64,000 nt of DNA from Anthoceros angustus (Eukaryota > Plantae > Anthocerotophyta): the NCBI GenBank assembly GCA_010909165.1, contig VJWM01000222.1, positions 186,001 to 250,000 of the forward strand, read 5' to 3'. How positions within the stretch are numbered: position 1 is the stretch's first letter; the number at the start of each line of letters is the position of its first letter. The notes under the pieces are model-generated. The model ran no database searches. It was not told the DNA's origin and saw nothing but the letters and a program-made list of their open reading frames with translations. Positions 23,901-36,445 of the stretch are shown piece by piece. The translations under genes were made by a program, and so were the position numbers.

Positions 23901-26900
23901 GGCAAATCTCATTTCGGCGATCTTCCAGGGACGTTCTCCAATCCGGGCGGCGATATTCTAGGCGCCTCCCCACCTAGGGCGGCGCCATTACGGGAGGGCC
24001 ATTGGGCGATTCTGACATCAACGTCTTTTCCGAGGCCCAATCCACGGGGCATTGGTCACCTGGGATTTGAGCTAACACAGCGGGTCCTCCATGTACCTGA
24101 TCACTCCCGATTCAGATCTTGCATCCGGCAGTCCTAGCTTAGGCGGGCTACAGCCTTGTGCAACGACTAGGGACAAAATCAGTGAGTTTCTTGTTCATTT
24201 TCAATTCCGAGCTTAGCATTCGGGATCTCTAGCTTGGGTGGGTTCTGACTTTGCCGGACAATGAGGCAGATCCTACCCACTTCCATCTCCATCAAGGATC
24301 GAGAGGTAGGCAAGGTGCGGCTTAGCGAATTTGACATTTCAATCATTCAATCAGCGGATCATTTGAGCTGTAGGCGTTGCTAGAACAATAGTCCACACGG
24401 AGCTACGGGAACCTCTGGAAATTCAAGCACATGGGTGAGGATATTTTTGGCTGACCTCTAGGGTCCCTAGGAGGCATCCCATATTCGGGGCTCCCATCTG
24501 CCGGGGCTGGAGAGTCCCAACAAAAGGACATTACTGATCCCACGCCGGGATACTTTGGAAGGAGCTTTCACACGAGCTTGAGCAACAGGAGGCGGGTTGT
24601 CCTTGGGGAGCTTGCTTCCCATCTTTTTGGGAGTGACTCGGCGACCTCGTGTTTTGCTCACATGGGTGATGCACCACGAAGGACATGAGACCGATCCTCG
24701 CTACCGTTTGAGGCAGGATATCGGCGGCGGACCACTCCGGCGAGTCACAGCCGGAAGGAGGCGTTCTTTTCAACACGGCAAGCACGGAGGAGTTGTGGCG
24801 GTTTACGGGGAGCTGGCACGCCACTGCCACCTTGGAGGCGACAGGTGGTCTCCATTTGCGAGATCTCAACACCGGCAAAGAATCATCCGACTCCTTGGGA
24901 GATCGACCGGGACAAACTTGTCCCAATTTGAGCCTTCTGAGACAAGATCGAATCGGTGATCTTTGAGATCGGACACCATGGAAGGTGGAGGACCCTCATA
25001 CTGACGGAGAGATTTTCCGGGAGGCGGGCACTCGATCGGCGAGATTTTGTCCCTCAACGCTATCATCAACCGGGTCGAGGTTCAAACATGGCGCCGCTTA
25101 TAATCACCGGTACATGTTTGAGAAAGCTACTTGGCGGACGGTAGCGCCGGATTTGTATGAGGCACATCAAGCGGTTTGTCTTCTACCATCTCCACGGTGA
25201 ATCCCCGGTTCAAGGAGCGCTGCGGCTTGCCTACAATGGCAAGTTGGCCACGTTGTGGAGTGCCCACCAGGCCAAGATTGCTTGCTGGGACGATCGCGGC
25301 CACACCGTAATCCGTGGTGAGTCTAACGGCGAGGAGGGTGGCGTGGTTGGGGTCCGAGTTCATCCAAACTCCCAAGTACCAATCAAATCCGTGGAAGAGT
25401 TCATGGCCATTCTTGAGGCGTTTCCGCTCAAGACTCACGAGAAAATAGTGAGCTGTGACTTCGATGCAAGAAGGGTGAGACTGTCAGATGACCTTCGCGG
25501 GCTCCGGAAGGCTGCGAGCACTAGGATGTTGTGACCAAGAGGCAGAAGTTTCTTTACTGGCGTTGGGGGATCCATTGTTCCACTTTCAACTTGTCACCTC
25601 TTTAGTGGACAAGTATGGGGACAACTACACCACAGAACAGGTCCATGAAGAAGCGGAGCGCAAAAAATCAGCGTTTTCAGCGTATGCTTCTCGACACTCC
25701 AAGGCCTTCACGCACTATCAAAGTATGTTTTCCAAAAGGGAACACATGCAGGCGTGGGATCGTGGGTTTCCAAGCCCATTCAGGCCAGGCAGTCAAGTCA
25801 AGTAGCGCAAGCCCACCTCCACACTGTGCTGCAGCATGGCGGCCGGATCATTTGGCTCGGCAGGCAAGCTTCCTGTGGAAGGTTTGCATTGTTCCCATTA
25901 CGCAAGACTGGCCATTTGGTTACAATTACGTTTCCGAGCTTGTCCGGGCTGAGATATCAAGAGACGGGTCCACACACCTTGGGACTCCCACAGCGGCTGG
26001 GCGGTTAAATGCGTCGAAGGGCCGATCACGGAATGGGGCCAAGGCCAAGGAGCGGCTAGCACGACAAGATTGCATTGGAGGCAGCGGTGGCAGCACTTAC
26101 TCGGCTAAGCCCAGCTGATGGCGGCACCTCCACCTCCAAGCCCAGGCCATTTGGCACCCGTGAGGAGGAGAGGAGGATTATGGCCCTGCACATGAGGCTG
26201 TCTTGTCCACTGTCTTGTGGATTCACGCCTGATTACCCGCCACATGGGTGGGATGTGACTTGAAGAAGGCGCATTTGGATGTTGCGGTGGGGATCGATCC
26301 TTACTCGGCAACAAAGAGCCGAGGGCTGCCATGCCTAGATCCTTTGCTCCGCTGCCAGGCGTGGCCATCCTGTTCGTGGGCGGGATCATCCGGATGGAGG
26401 CGCCGAGTGGCGGCCTCCACATTCAGTCATGGGGCACCGCCGAATGCTTGTGGCCGCATCTGCCACTACACTGAGCCTTGATCATAAGGTGTTGGAGACT
26501 CCTTTGATCTCCCTCCGGACATGGGAGTTGGGCGTGCTCGATTCTGACGTGCTGGGCTTGGCCTTGTTGAAACCTCCGCATGTCCCCTGGATGCAGGAGG
26601 TCCCGGACACTGGGTCCATGCATGGGGCTGCTGGGGACACCTCAAGCAGGCACACCACAGCTCCATGTTCGAGGCTGTCGGAGAGTGACTGGATTCTCAG
26701 TCCATACTCGGGGCATAGTGGAGTCTCAACGGGACTTAGCGATCCCATACTCGGGGCTGCTGAGGCCTCGGCCTTGGTCCTCAGCAGTCCACACACAGGG
26801 GTAGCGACAAAGTAGCCCCAATGCCAAGCACCTTCAGCTCCATGCAGGATCTGCGAGGAGAAACCCATCACTGGACTGCAGTCCCATACTGGGAGCTGCC

Positions 26901-28012
26901 GGGGCGGTGGATCCCATGGGCCTCACCACCCGGGCTGGGTATTGCCCACCACCATCGACCATGTTACGATGGTGGGAGTGAGGCAGGCCACCCTGCCATG
27001 AGGAGGCCCACTTGGAGGCGGTCGCGCTTCTGCGTCCAGTGGAGTACTCAGAGCACCTCGCATTCAGCCCACCAATCGCATGAATGCAGTGAGCAATGCC
27101 ATGGTGGACAATAGGAAGGCCATGTCACGGTGAATGGCTATGCTCCCAAGCTCTTGGACACGGGCACGTGATCATTGAGCTCTCGCCGCCAAAGTTGAAC
27201 TTGCGAGGCGGCACTCCGCCATTCACCCGAACATCGGAGCCTACCGCGCTGTGGAACTGTGTGTGGAGAGGCGCTGCAGCCATCGCCATCACGCTCAAGC
27301 CGGGCAGCCCTTCCATGACATTGGCCATTCATTGCCTTGTAAACTTAACTCGATGTCCTTCTCGGACAGGAGTTTTTGTTTCCACCGCATCAGCGTGGAC
27401 AATTGGACAGACAAGCTCACCACGATTGGCGTGTGGAGGTCGACAGCGCACTTTCCCTGAATCGCATGGCGGATTGGACACCAAGGTCGCCCTTGTCCTA
27501 GCTACTCCAGTCTATATGGCGACCATTCGGGCTGTCCCGGTGCTCACGACACCAGCATTTGAGTGACATGGAGCTTGCCGACGGATCCGAGATCACGAGG
27601 CCGACCATTTGGTCACAGCCGGCTGCCTGGAGACACTCCACCATCATTCAAAGTGTCCGACCTGACAGCAAGCTCTTCCACGAGTGCAGCAAGCTACGTA
27701 ACCAGCCTCCCCTTGGGCTGACGAGGCATCCTCCACCACGGTGAGCAATAGATCATCACGTGGGCGCCCACTGCATTACCTGCTTGGGGGTATTTGCACG
27801 TGTCTGGAGGCTCTTGCTGAATGGCATCTTGGTCGTCGTTACATTCTGTGGCTGTTGTCCCAAGGCGCAATGCATTGCGCACCTTGGGGCTGGCGTGATT
27901 CACTACCCCCGCCACTATCTGCACCTTTTCATTTTCGGTGCCCAAGACATCCAGTTGTGCCAGGCCACATTCGACTCCCTGCCCCATCCACTGATTCGGG
28001 ATGGGAATGGGA

Positions 28013-30271
28013 GAACACGATAATTTTGAAGGGGATATCATTGCCGGCGACACCTTGTCACGAAGAACACCTTACCTAGAGCGACATATGTGCCCTACTT
28101 TGATAATGCACACACCCTTTACGAGGTCATATCTTTGATAAAAGATGCACTTTCAAGTCTACACCGAGCTGAGCACTAGGGTGTGGGCCCGTTGCGTTTA
28201 GTAGAATGCATAGAGGGCTGCCATTTCATATCATATGAAAACTTTTACTTTCAAGTGGTGGAACACAATGAAAACAATCTGTACTAGCGAGTCTCATTTA
28301 AGTGGTCGTGAGAACATTGCAACAAACAAGCTGCTGAAGGAGAAGTGGTCATCGGCATCGACAATAGCCATTCAAGAGTGCGGCTGGCGACTCATCCATG
28401 CCTTGCGGCGGAGTCAAGTACCACCGCCATATTCGGGTCCATATCCTCCGCCTCGAAGTTGTCGTTCTCCTCCATTGCTTGCTTCTAGTATCATTCTTGG
28501 GCCCGTCCGGTGTCGGCCACCACATCTAGGGTCTGCGACCCTCATCCAAAAAGGTCGTCGTGGTCTTCAACCTTCGGCACTCAATGCAACCACTTGGGCT
28601 TTAAGGCAATGCTAGCGTCCTTAAAATGAACAAAGTTAGTTGCCCATGCGCCATGCAAGCATCCTTAAAATCAACAAAATTGAACTGTTGAGGAGGCAGA
28701 GGTTTGAACACGAAACCTATTCATTACTACACTTATTTCCCAAACACTAGACCAACAATGAGTTGAATACTGAGGCGCTAAATATTTATTTTGGAAGGCG
28801 CCTAGGAGGAGGCCATGGGCAGGCATGGCGTGTGCTAAGGGCAGGCAGTGTGCTGGGGAGGCGGGCGGCCGGCGCATGGGCGGGGTTGCTAGGGGCGGCC
28901 CGGCGCATGTGTGCTAGGGAGGCGCCCGGCCCGGCGCCATGGCGGCGGGCGTGTTGGGGGGGCGTGGCCCGGCCCGTGTGTGCTAGGGGCGCCCGGCCCA
29001 TAGCAGTGTGCTAGGGAGGCGGCGGCCGGCGAGCATGGAGGCGCGGTCGTGGCGCCCTCCCTCATCCTGGTGCATCTGGGTGAAGCTAGGGGGACAAAAG
29101 AGGGGCGGTATCCTATCACCGATGGAAGGTGTGGCCCATTTGCGGGAAGGGTTAAAAGATTTGCGTCCATAGGTGGTGTTGTTGAAGAGTATAAGTGGTG
29201 GGAAGCCTTTTGTTGGACGGAAGGAGATTGCTATCGTTGTGGAGAATAACATTGGGCTAGTGCTACTGTCCTTGGAAGTGGTTTTCACGTGCAGTGGATC
29301 ATCTGACTGACCACTTCAAGTGCGGATGAAGCTTTGCTAGATGAGGCATTATTGAGGACCTCCACGGTGATATGTATTTGGGGGCATATCAAAATGCGGG
29401 AAGGCAAGCTGCGGAAATGGCACGGATGAATGGGGACATAGAAATCCGAGAGGATGTTTACGGCGGTGCCGTGCAATACGGACATGCATCCATTACGGAT
29501 TGGGGAGGTCATTGGCGTGAAGCTAAGCGCACCACGACCTCACTTTCTTATCCACTAGTATCGGACCGAGCACATAGATGCGTATGAAGGGAGATATGTG
29601 CGAGGAACACATAGTCATGGTGGTAACCCATCGGTCCAATCTTAGGAAAAAGGGAATAAGATCCATTACCTAAAAACATCTGAGGTATTTGTAGATGAAA
29701 CGGTCATCACTGTATTATGGGTTTTGTGTTGAGCATGGAAACATCGTATGCGGTGGACAAAAGCGATAAGGGATAAGCTCTGCGAGTTCGTGGCTTCATA
29801 CAACTGCGGTGAAAGTGTCGTGAAGATAGTGATGACAATGGAGGAGAAAATTTGGACCAAGTGATGACGATGGATTGAACTACGGGGATGAGTGGCGAAA
29901 TCTCGTTTTCCGGGGTCCCGAGTTAATGTTGTAAGTCCGGTTCTTGATGTTTACATGTTAGGAAATACCACACTGTGTGGCTTTTGTGGTGTCATAACAA
30001 AACCACATTTCCATCCCAAAAGCGAGTTCTGATCGTCTGCGGCGAGCAGCCTTCCTCACCGTTCCTACTTTGCATCATTCCCTAGGTTCGAGTTTGCGAC
30101 CACCATTCGACACAAACATTCTTTGGATGGAAAGTAGTAACTTTCTTTGGGTGACACCCTTTTTGAATTTGTTTTCCGCAATGCCTTCATGTTGTTTAGG
30201 GCCCATCAAAACCCCTTGATTATTTGCGGAAAACCCTCCGAGATTATTCACCCCTTAAAATTATCGTGTTC
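28013..30271. mobile_element. Unclassified TIR (class II-like) element, ~2.26 kb, inserted in family A pol
   Basis: Left end gaacacgataattttgaagggg (28013-28034) and right end ccccttaaaattatcgtgttc (30251-30271) are inverted repeats. The flanks gggaatg / aggattttctcaagcc rejoin the uninterrupted family A sequence seen at 3890-3915 and 58700-58725. Confidence 0.85.
28800..29045. repeat. GC-rich subrepeats in the centre of the TIR element
   Basis: gtgtgctaggg(a)ggcg(g/c)c(g/c)ggccggcgcatgg recurs about 6-7 times. Confidence 0.8.
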
Positions 30272-33200
30272 AGGATTTTCTCAAGCCGACAGGGGAGGAT
30301 TACAAGATCCACGAACCGCCTTGTTTGGGACCTTCACCGCATCTTGGTGGATGTTCGAGCACTTGACCGGCCGCTTACTGCCGGAGAACTGGACACTTTG
30401 GACACTCGGATGCAAGTTAAGCAAGACATGGCCATCATCCAAGCCATGAGGGCACGCCCTTGCTCATGGATGCCGCCCGTTGGCGTTTGCTCATCGCTGC
30501 GAAACTATTGGACCAACGGCCTCAACCTTTGCTAGAGTTGGTGATCACCCGCACTACTCTGGGACCCCACTCCAGCTCTCAATGTGTTGGACCCTTGGCA
30601 TCACCACGGGTGGCAGAAAGGTGCCGTGCACTGGTATCAAGACCGCCACAGCGGGACAGCTGGCACCCTTCCCACCCTAGTGAGCTTTCACGGCTCCTAT
30701 GCCAGGGACAAGGCGGGTCTGCTATTCAACATACCCACGGTGGGAGGAGCCCAATGTGGAGGGCGGGGAGCGTCATGGGTTTCCACACCCATGCCTGCTG
30801 CGACTCCCAAATTACCAGCGTCACCGGCCGCCTTGGGCCGCTATGGACCTGTCTGACCCTCACTTGGCTCCTTGACATGCAGCCTTTCGGCTGTGGCATT
30901 CCAGGAGCTCCCACCCGCCCAAGGTCGCTTTTCCCACATGCTGGCGCTTCGTATTTGTCATTTGCCCTTCCCGGGATACACCACTGGTCATATTGATGCG
31001 GGAGGCGAGTGGCATGGCCATCCGATGCATTCTCAGCATCAAGCTCGTGGACATGGGAAGTGAATACTCGGGGCGATCCGAGTATGGGATCGCAGGGGAG
31101 TATGGGAACGATTCGAGTAGGGACTCCCAATTCACCGGCACCCAAGCCTCGCTTATGAGACTTTCAGTTGGTCATGGGGCCCCAACTCACAACAGGCACG
31201 AGATACATGCCCTTTGCTCCAATACCGTGTTTTGCCTTCTCCATGCGAGAATTGAGCGATGCAATGTGACCACCTTCCGCATCAATCGACCAGCAAGGAG
31301 CCTATCTACGAGGCGCCAGCTCCAAAGCCGAGTGGGACATGGTGGATGCACGTCAAGAGTTGCTTGAAGCCGGGCTCATTCGCCCTCTAGCTCCGATTAT
31401 CGCGCCAGTGATGCCTCCCAAGAAGGACAGACGGATGTGGGCAGAGAAGAGGATGTCTCGGAGACTACCGTCCTATCAACTCGGTGACAGCCCGGGATCG
31501 GTACCCCATGCCAACGCCGGAGGAGATTTTTACAACATTGGCAAGTCTACCTACTTCTCGATTTTGGATCTGCGTCAAAGGCTTCACATTTTGTTGCTGA
31601 AGAGGACATCAAGAAGACAGCCTTCCACGGCTCTCAGCAATGGGAATGGCTGGTGATGCCTTTGGCTTCAAGAACAGCGGTGACATTCCGGTAGCGTAAT
31701 GGACATAGTACTTGCGAGGTTCTGAACCTCATGTGCTACATTGATGATGTCCTGGTCCACGCGAGGACTTTGAGTCTCATTTGGTGCACCTGGAAGATCT
31801 GTTCAAGAGATTGCGAAGCGATTGACATGTCACCCGCCAAGTGTGAATTTGGCATGGACACCGTGGCATACCTTGGTCATAGGGTCATGCACAGGCGGCG
31901 TAATGCCTCATGCTGCCAAGGTACAGGCCATCTTGCGGTCACGAGCCCACAAACCTCTACGCCTTGCGAGCTTTCCTCGGCCTATGCAACTATTACCGAG
32001 TATACATTCGGACTTGAGAATTGCCAAGCTGAATGACTTGTCATGCGGAAGGATGTTGTTTGGGCACACGAGAAGACCCAGCAAGCTTTGACACCTGGCG
32101 GAAGCTTGACGGAAGCTCCCCGACTGACTTCTCCAAGCCGTTTGTGGTACATACAGTTGGAGCATCTTAGCCTAGGGGCATGCTAGCCCAACAAGATGAA
32201 GATGGAAAGGAGCGGGTGGTTGCGTATGCTTCACGCAGCAACAATCGTGCTGAAGCCAACTACGATAGCTACCAAGGGGAGTGTCTAGCTGTATGGGCGG
32301 TTTGTCATTTGAGGCCCTACACATGGCAAGCCCTTCACGCTGTCATGACCATCAGCCCCTCAAATGGCTGATGACCAACACCAAGTTGAGTGGGAAGCTT
32401 GCAAGGTGGGCCATGATCTTGCAGGACTATGAATTTCAAGTGGTGCATCGAAGAGTCACACACCAAAATCACGGACACTCTCTCGGAATCCCGGTGCTAG
32501 TTGCGAAGATGTTAGAAGCGAGGCAGGACCAAGATGATGGATCGCAGCATGTGCCGTGGCTGCGATGGTGGCTGACAAGCACAGGTGGCTTTGTCGGGGC
32601 AGTATGGGGCATCCAGTATGACGAGGATCCTTAGCATTGAGCACATATCTTTGGGGAAGGAGGGTCATCCATGGGACACTCTATTTGTCCAGGGGAGTTT
32701 GGATCAGCCATTGAGCATGAGCAAGAAAGAATTCGCCGGTAGCGCTTCCAAGTATCAATGGCGTGATGGGCATTTCTTGAGGAGGCGACCAATGGGCTGG
32801 AACGATTGGTGCCACCACTGGCGATAGGGAGCAGCTCATCGTGCAGTGCGATGACATGGGCCATTTGAGTCAAGCGTGCTACAGTTTGCTCCTCCCATTT
32901 CCATTGGCAAGGGATGTCGCCCAAGTCAAGCGGGTGGCTTTGTGCAAGGCTGCGCAGGTGAAGACCTCCTTCACCATCCGGAACCCTCATGCACCTTTGC
33001 CTATCATGGGTATTCTTTAGGTGGTCTTGTGACTTGTTGGGTGAACTACCCAAGACACCACGAGGGCGTGTACATTCTCGTCATGATGGAGCACTTCTCC
33101 AAGTGGGTGGAGGTGGGTGGCCTGCCGGACAAGAGCTCCAAAAGCACCGCTCGAGCCTTTCTTGAGAATGTCTTTGAGTCGCTTTGGGAGGCCGTGCTTG

Positions 33201-33870
33201 TGGATCGAGGGGTGCAATTTCGAGGGAATTCCAAGACCCCTCTGGATCGCGCTCATCGACCATCGCAGACCAGCCGAGACCATCCTCGGCTGATGGCCTG
33301 GCTGAGCGGATGTGCAGACCATCAAGAAGGGTCTAAGGAAGCTACGCCTTCAAATGCCCAAAGGCAGTGGGACTTGGCTCTTCCTTACATCGCCATGGGC
33401 TCTGCGTATGAGTCGGCATGCCTCCTTGGCGCATTTCAGTCCCTACTTCTTGCTGTTTGGGAGGGAACCCATGCCTAGCTCAATTGCCAAGCAACTCTAT
33501 GAGGTAGTGGATCTGGATGATCCAATGAGCATGTGGGTCATTGGTCGGTGCCTGTTTGACAAGCCATGCCGATGGCCATAGCTAATTTGAGGATTGCCCA
33601 ACATCGGGACACCCTTAGATATGCCCACACTCGTGGCGACTTCGGACAAGCTCAAGAAATTTCGGTGGGGACTTTGTTTACTTGCGAGCAAGTGGGAGAC
33701 ACCTTGACACCACCACGACATGTGTGCGAGTTCGGAGGTCAAGGAGAATGGTGTGCTAGTGCTACAAGGATCGAGATGGACGTACCACCAAGGATCACAT
33801 GAAAAATTGTGCTTGCCATTTGCCCAACTGGATCCAACCATTGTCACGCGTGATTGGGTACCTCGGTGAT

Positions 33871-33995
33871 TACCCATGCAGTTGCGGGAGGACGACACGG
33901 ATCATTTGCTTGCGACCTGTAGCAATGGATACCACCTATTTTGCTTCTGACCGCCTCTCTCAGGTGCGGGCGGTTGGTATTGTCCACTATGTGCT
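33871..33995 (+). other. PHD finger coding segment (family A copy 2)
   Basis: Joined frames give DYPC.CGRT....LCD.CSNGYHLFC..PPLSQV...WYCPLC. Confidence 0.85.
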
Positions 33996-34040
33996 GCCTC
34001 TCCGGCTGCTCCCGCGGCACACAAGCTTCAATGGTCGGGG

Positions 34041-35643
34041 TAGGAGCGATGCTCTCCCGGCATACTTTGTTCTTTGCAAGGGGACCTTTTGCGGACTCAT
34101 ACTGGGCGCCAAACTTTGGCCCAATTAGGGCTGATCCGAATCTTGGAGCGATAAGTGGGCATGCAGGGAGGCAAGGAAGACTATCCATGATGGGACATGG
34201 CGCCACATGGGATCGGCCATGGGACATGGCATCCACGACCGGATTCGGGGCCGACCATGATGCATGGCGGGTCCACCGGAATGCCGGGGCTATGCCAGGA
34301 CATGGCGATCCACGATCCTCACTAAGATTGGTGGAGTTGCCCGAGACAAGCTCATACTGGACACCGGGACTCCCAAACTTTTCACGCGTTTCACGCGGTA
34401 TGTCGAGGAGGTTGCCAAGACCCGGCCTGTTATGGTACATGGCGGTCCACAGTAGGGGCAGTATGTCCTGACCATGACATGGCCCAGGGGCAGTAGGGAT
34501 TGCATAGTACATGGCGATCCCACACCGGGGCTGCCCATCGCCATGGGACATGGCAGTCCCGGCCGGCTGCGGGGCTGTCGCCATAGGACATGGCGATCCC
34601 ACAAGTAGGGCGGCCAGTTGGGCAGCCATGGGACATTGCGATCCACGGTAGGCTGCCGGGGCTACCGGGCGTCGCAACCCAACGCCCAAGGACTAGAATG
34701 CACACAAAAGAATGTGAACTTGATGTATGTTTGTTTTATAAACTACGTTTGGTTGGTCATTTTTTAACCAAGAACATGTCCTTTATTTTGATTGGCCCAT
34801 AGTCAAGGATGCATTTCCTTTAAATACTGCGTTATAGAAAATAGATCCGTTATGAGCGGATAAGTAGGTCAGGCTAGACAAAGCCACTTAGCTATAGGTG
34901 TGAAAGGGCTAAGTATAGGCCCCAAATGCTGCGTGTGTTCAACGTGGGAGGAAGAACCAAGCGTGAGGTTGCTTTTGCATCATGGCGCAAAGCGGTGGAG
35001 AAAGTGGCGGGCGTGAGATGATGGACCGGCGTGAGGATGAGGACCCGTGGCGGATCAGGGTTTCGATCTTGGTCGTGCACAGGCCTTGGCTAGTTGGGGA
35101 ACCAAAGCACTTTGTGAATCATAGCAATCCATGAATCGCGTGTAGATCTGCGTTTTGCTCGCATGTGTCTCTCAAGGCGCCAAGGCGTGATTCTGAGACT
35201 CCCGGCCGGTATGGCCCAGGCTGGCAAAGCTTCAAGAAAACCACGATTCACGCACCCATTCGGAAAATTCGGCTAGGAGCGGATGCTCGGCATACTTTGT
35301 TCTTTGCAGGGGACCTTTCGGACTCATACTCGGCCGAAACTTTGGCGGTCAGCTCGTGATCCGAATCTTGGTTGCCGATAAGTGGGCGGTAACGAGGCAA
35401 GGAAGCCACAACGGTTGTCCTGCCATGGGACATGGGATTCTGGCCGGGGCTGGGGCTGTCTGACCATGGGACGCCATGGTCCTGACACCGGGACCGTCTC
35501 ATGATACATGGCGATCCACGGCCATGATCTGCATTTGCAACCAGGACATGGCAATCCACAATCCTCACAGCTAAGATTGTGGTGAATTGCCCGAGACAAG
35601 CTCATACTCGGGACAGGACTCCCAAACTTTTCACGTTTGCACA
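34041..35643 (+). repeat. Family A 3' terminal block B1-A2-B2
   Basis: B starts taggagc(g)gatgctc at 34041 and 35274, contains catactttgttctttgca(a)ggggacc and gcccgagacaagctcatact, and ends ctcccaaacttttcacg. A2 starts tgtcgagg at 34401. Confidence 0.85.
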
Positions 35644-35810
35644 GGTCTCTTATACATCCAACGCGGATCTCCACGACTCACTCCTCCTCGTCTGTACAGA
35701 AAATATGGCCCACTACCACAGTGGCTCACCAATTCCGGTAACTCTGACTCGCATGAACCTCAAAACATCCATACTAACCAGAAAGAGCCCTTGACTGCCG
35801 ATGTCGCGCT

Positions 35811-36445
35811 TGTCATGCTTTGTTGGCTGGCCGGGGAAATGAAGCACCTAAGACTCTGTATTTTGACTAGGGCGCATCACAGGCATAAGCCACAGATCTT
35901 TGAAATAAAATGAATCTTGGACATCTAGGGCATAAGCCACGATCTTTGAAGTGTGATGATGTCATGTACATGGCCATGGATGGCACACATGACATGTATG
36001 CTCATGTATGCATGTGTGTGCCATGTGCATGTATCGTATGGAGATGAAGGATGACATGTGATGTGGCGGTGATGTGTCATGGCGCATGCTATATGCATGG
36101 TATGCATGTAGTATGCTATAGCGCATATATAGATAGATTTATATTAGAAAATACATAAAAATCATAAATCAAGGAAAAGGCGAATAGGCTGTTAAACACA
36201 TAAAATATTATTATTTGAAGGCCAAGGAAAGTAGGATTATAAAGTGCCCACCATCGATATGGGTGGACACTTCATCGAGAACTCTGGGGTTTTGCCTATA
36301 TGTAGGCACCCATGGATTCTCGGATTGTTGATGTTTGTCTTGTTCTAATAGACAGCCATACTTTCCCTGTGTCTTTGTCTCCTAGAGGTTCTTGTGGTTC
36401 GTTGCATTGTCGAGTTGGGAGAATTTTCCATCTTGATTTCACCAC
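35811..36445 (+). repeat. Family B terminal repeat A1
   Basis: Colinear with 44401-45025: agcacctaagactct, a CATG-rich tract, atattattatttgaaggccaaggaaagtaggattataaagtgcccaccatcgat, gggagaattttccatc. Confidence 0.9.

Larger units (their letters stand above)
23028..35643 (+). mobile_element. Ty3/gypsy family A copy 2, apparently full length, with PHD finger and split direct repeats; interrupted by a TIR element
   Basis: Gag (~25100-25930), protease VNGYAPK.LDTG (~27130-27165), RT CYIDDVLVH (31734), RNase H ERVVAYASRSNNRAEANYDSYQGECLAVWAV (32210-32305), integrase EHFSKWVEV (33090), PHD 33871-33995. Repeats: A1 23028-23900, B1 34041-34397, A2 34401-35262, B2 35274-35643. Confidence 0.92.

Noticed and set aside
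34041-35643. Classifying families A/B as DIRS/PAT/Ngaro elements because of split repeats
   Set aside because: They encode an aspartic protease and a DDE (rve-type) integrase in gypsy order, and no tyrosine recombinase motif was seen.
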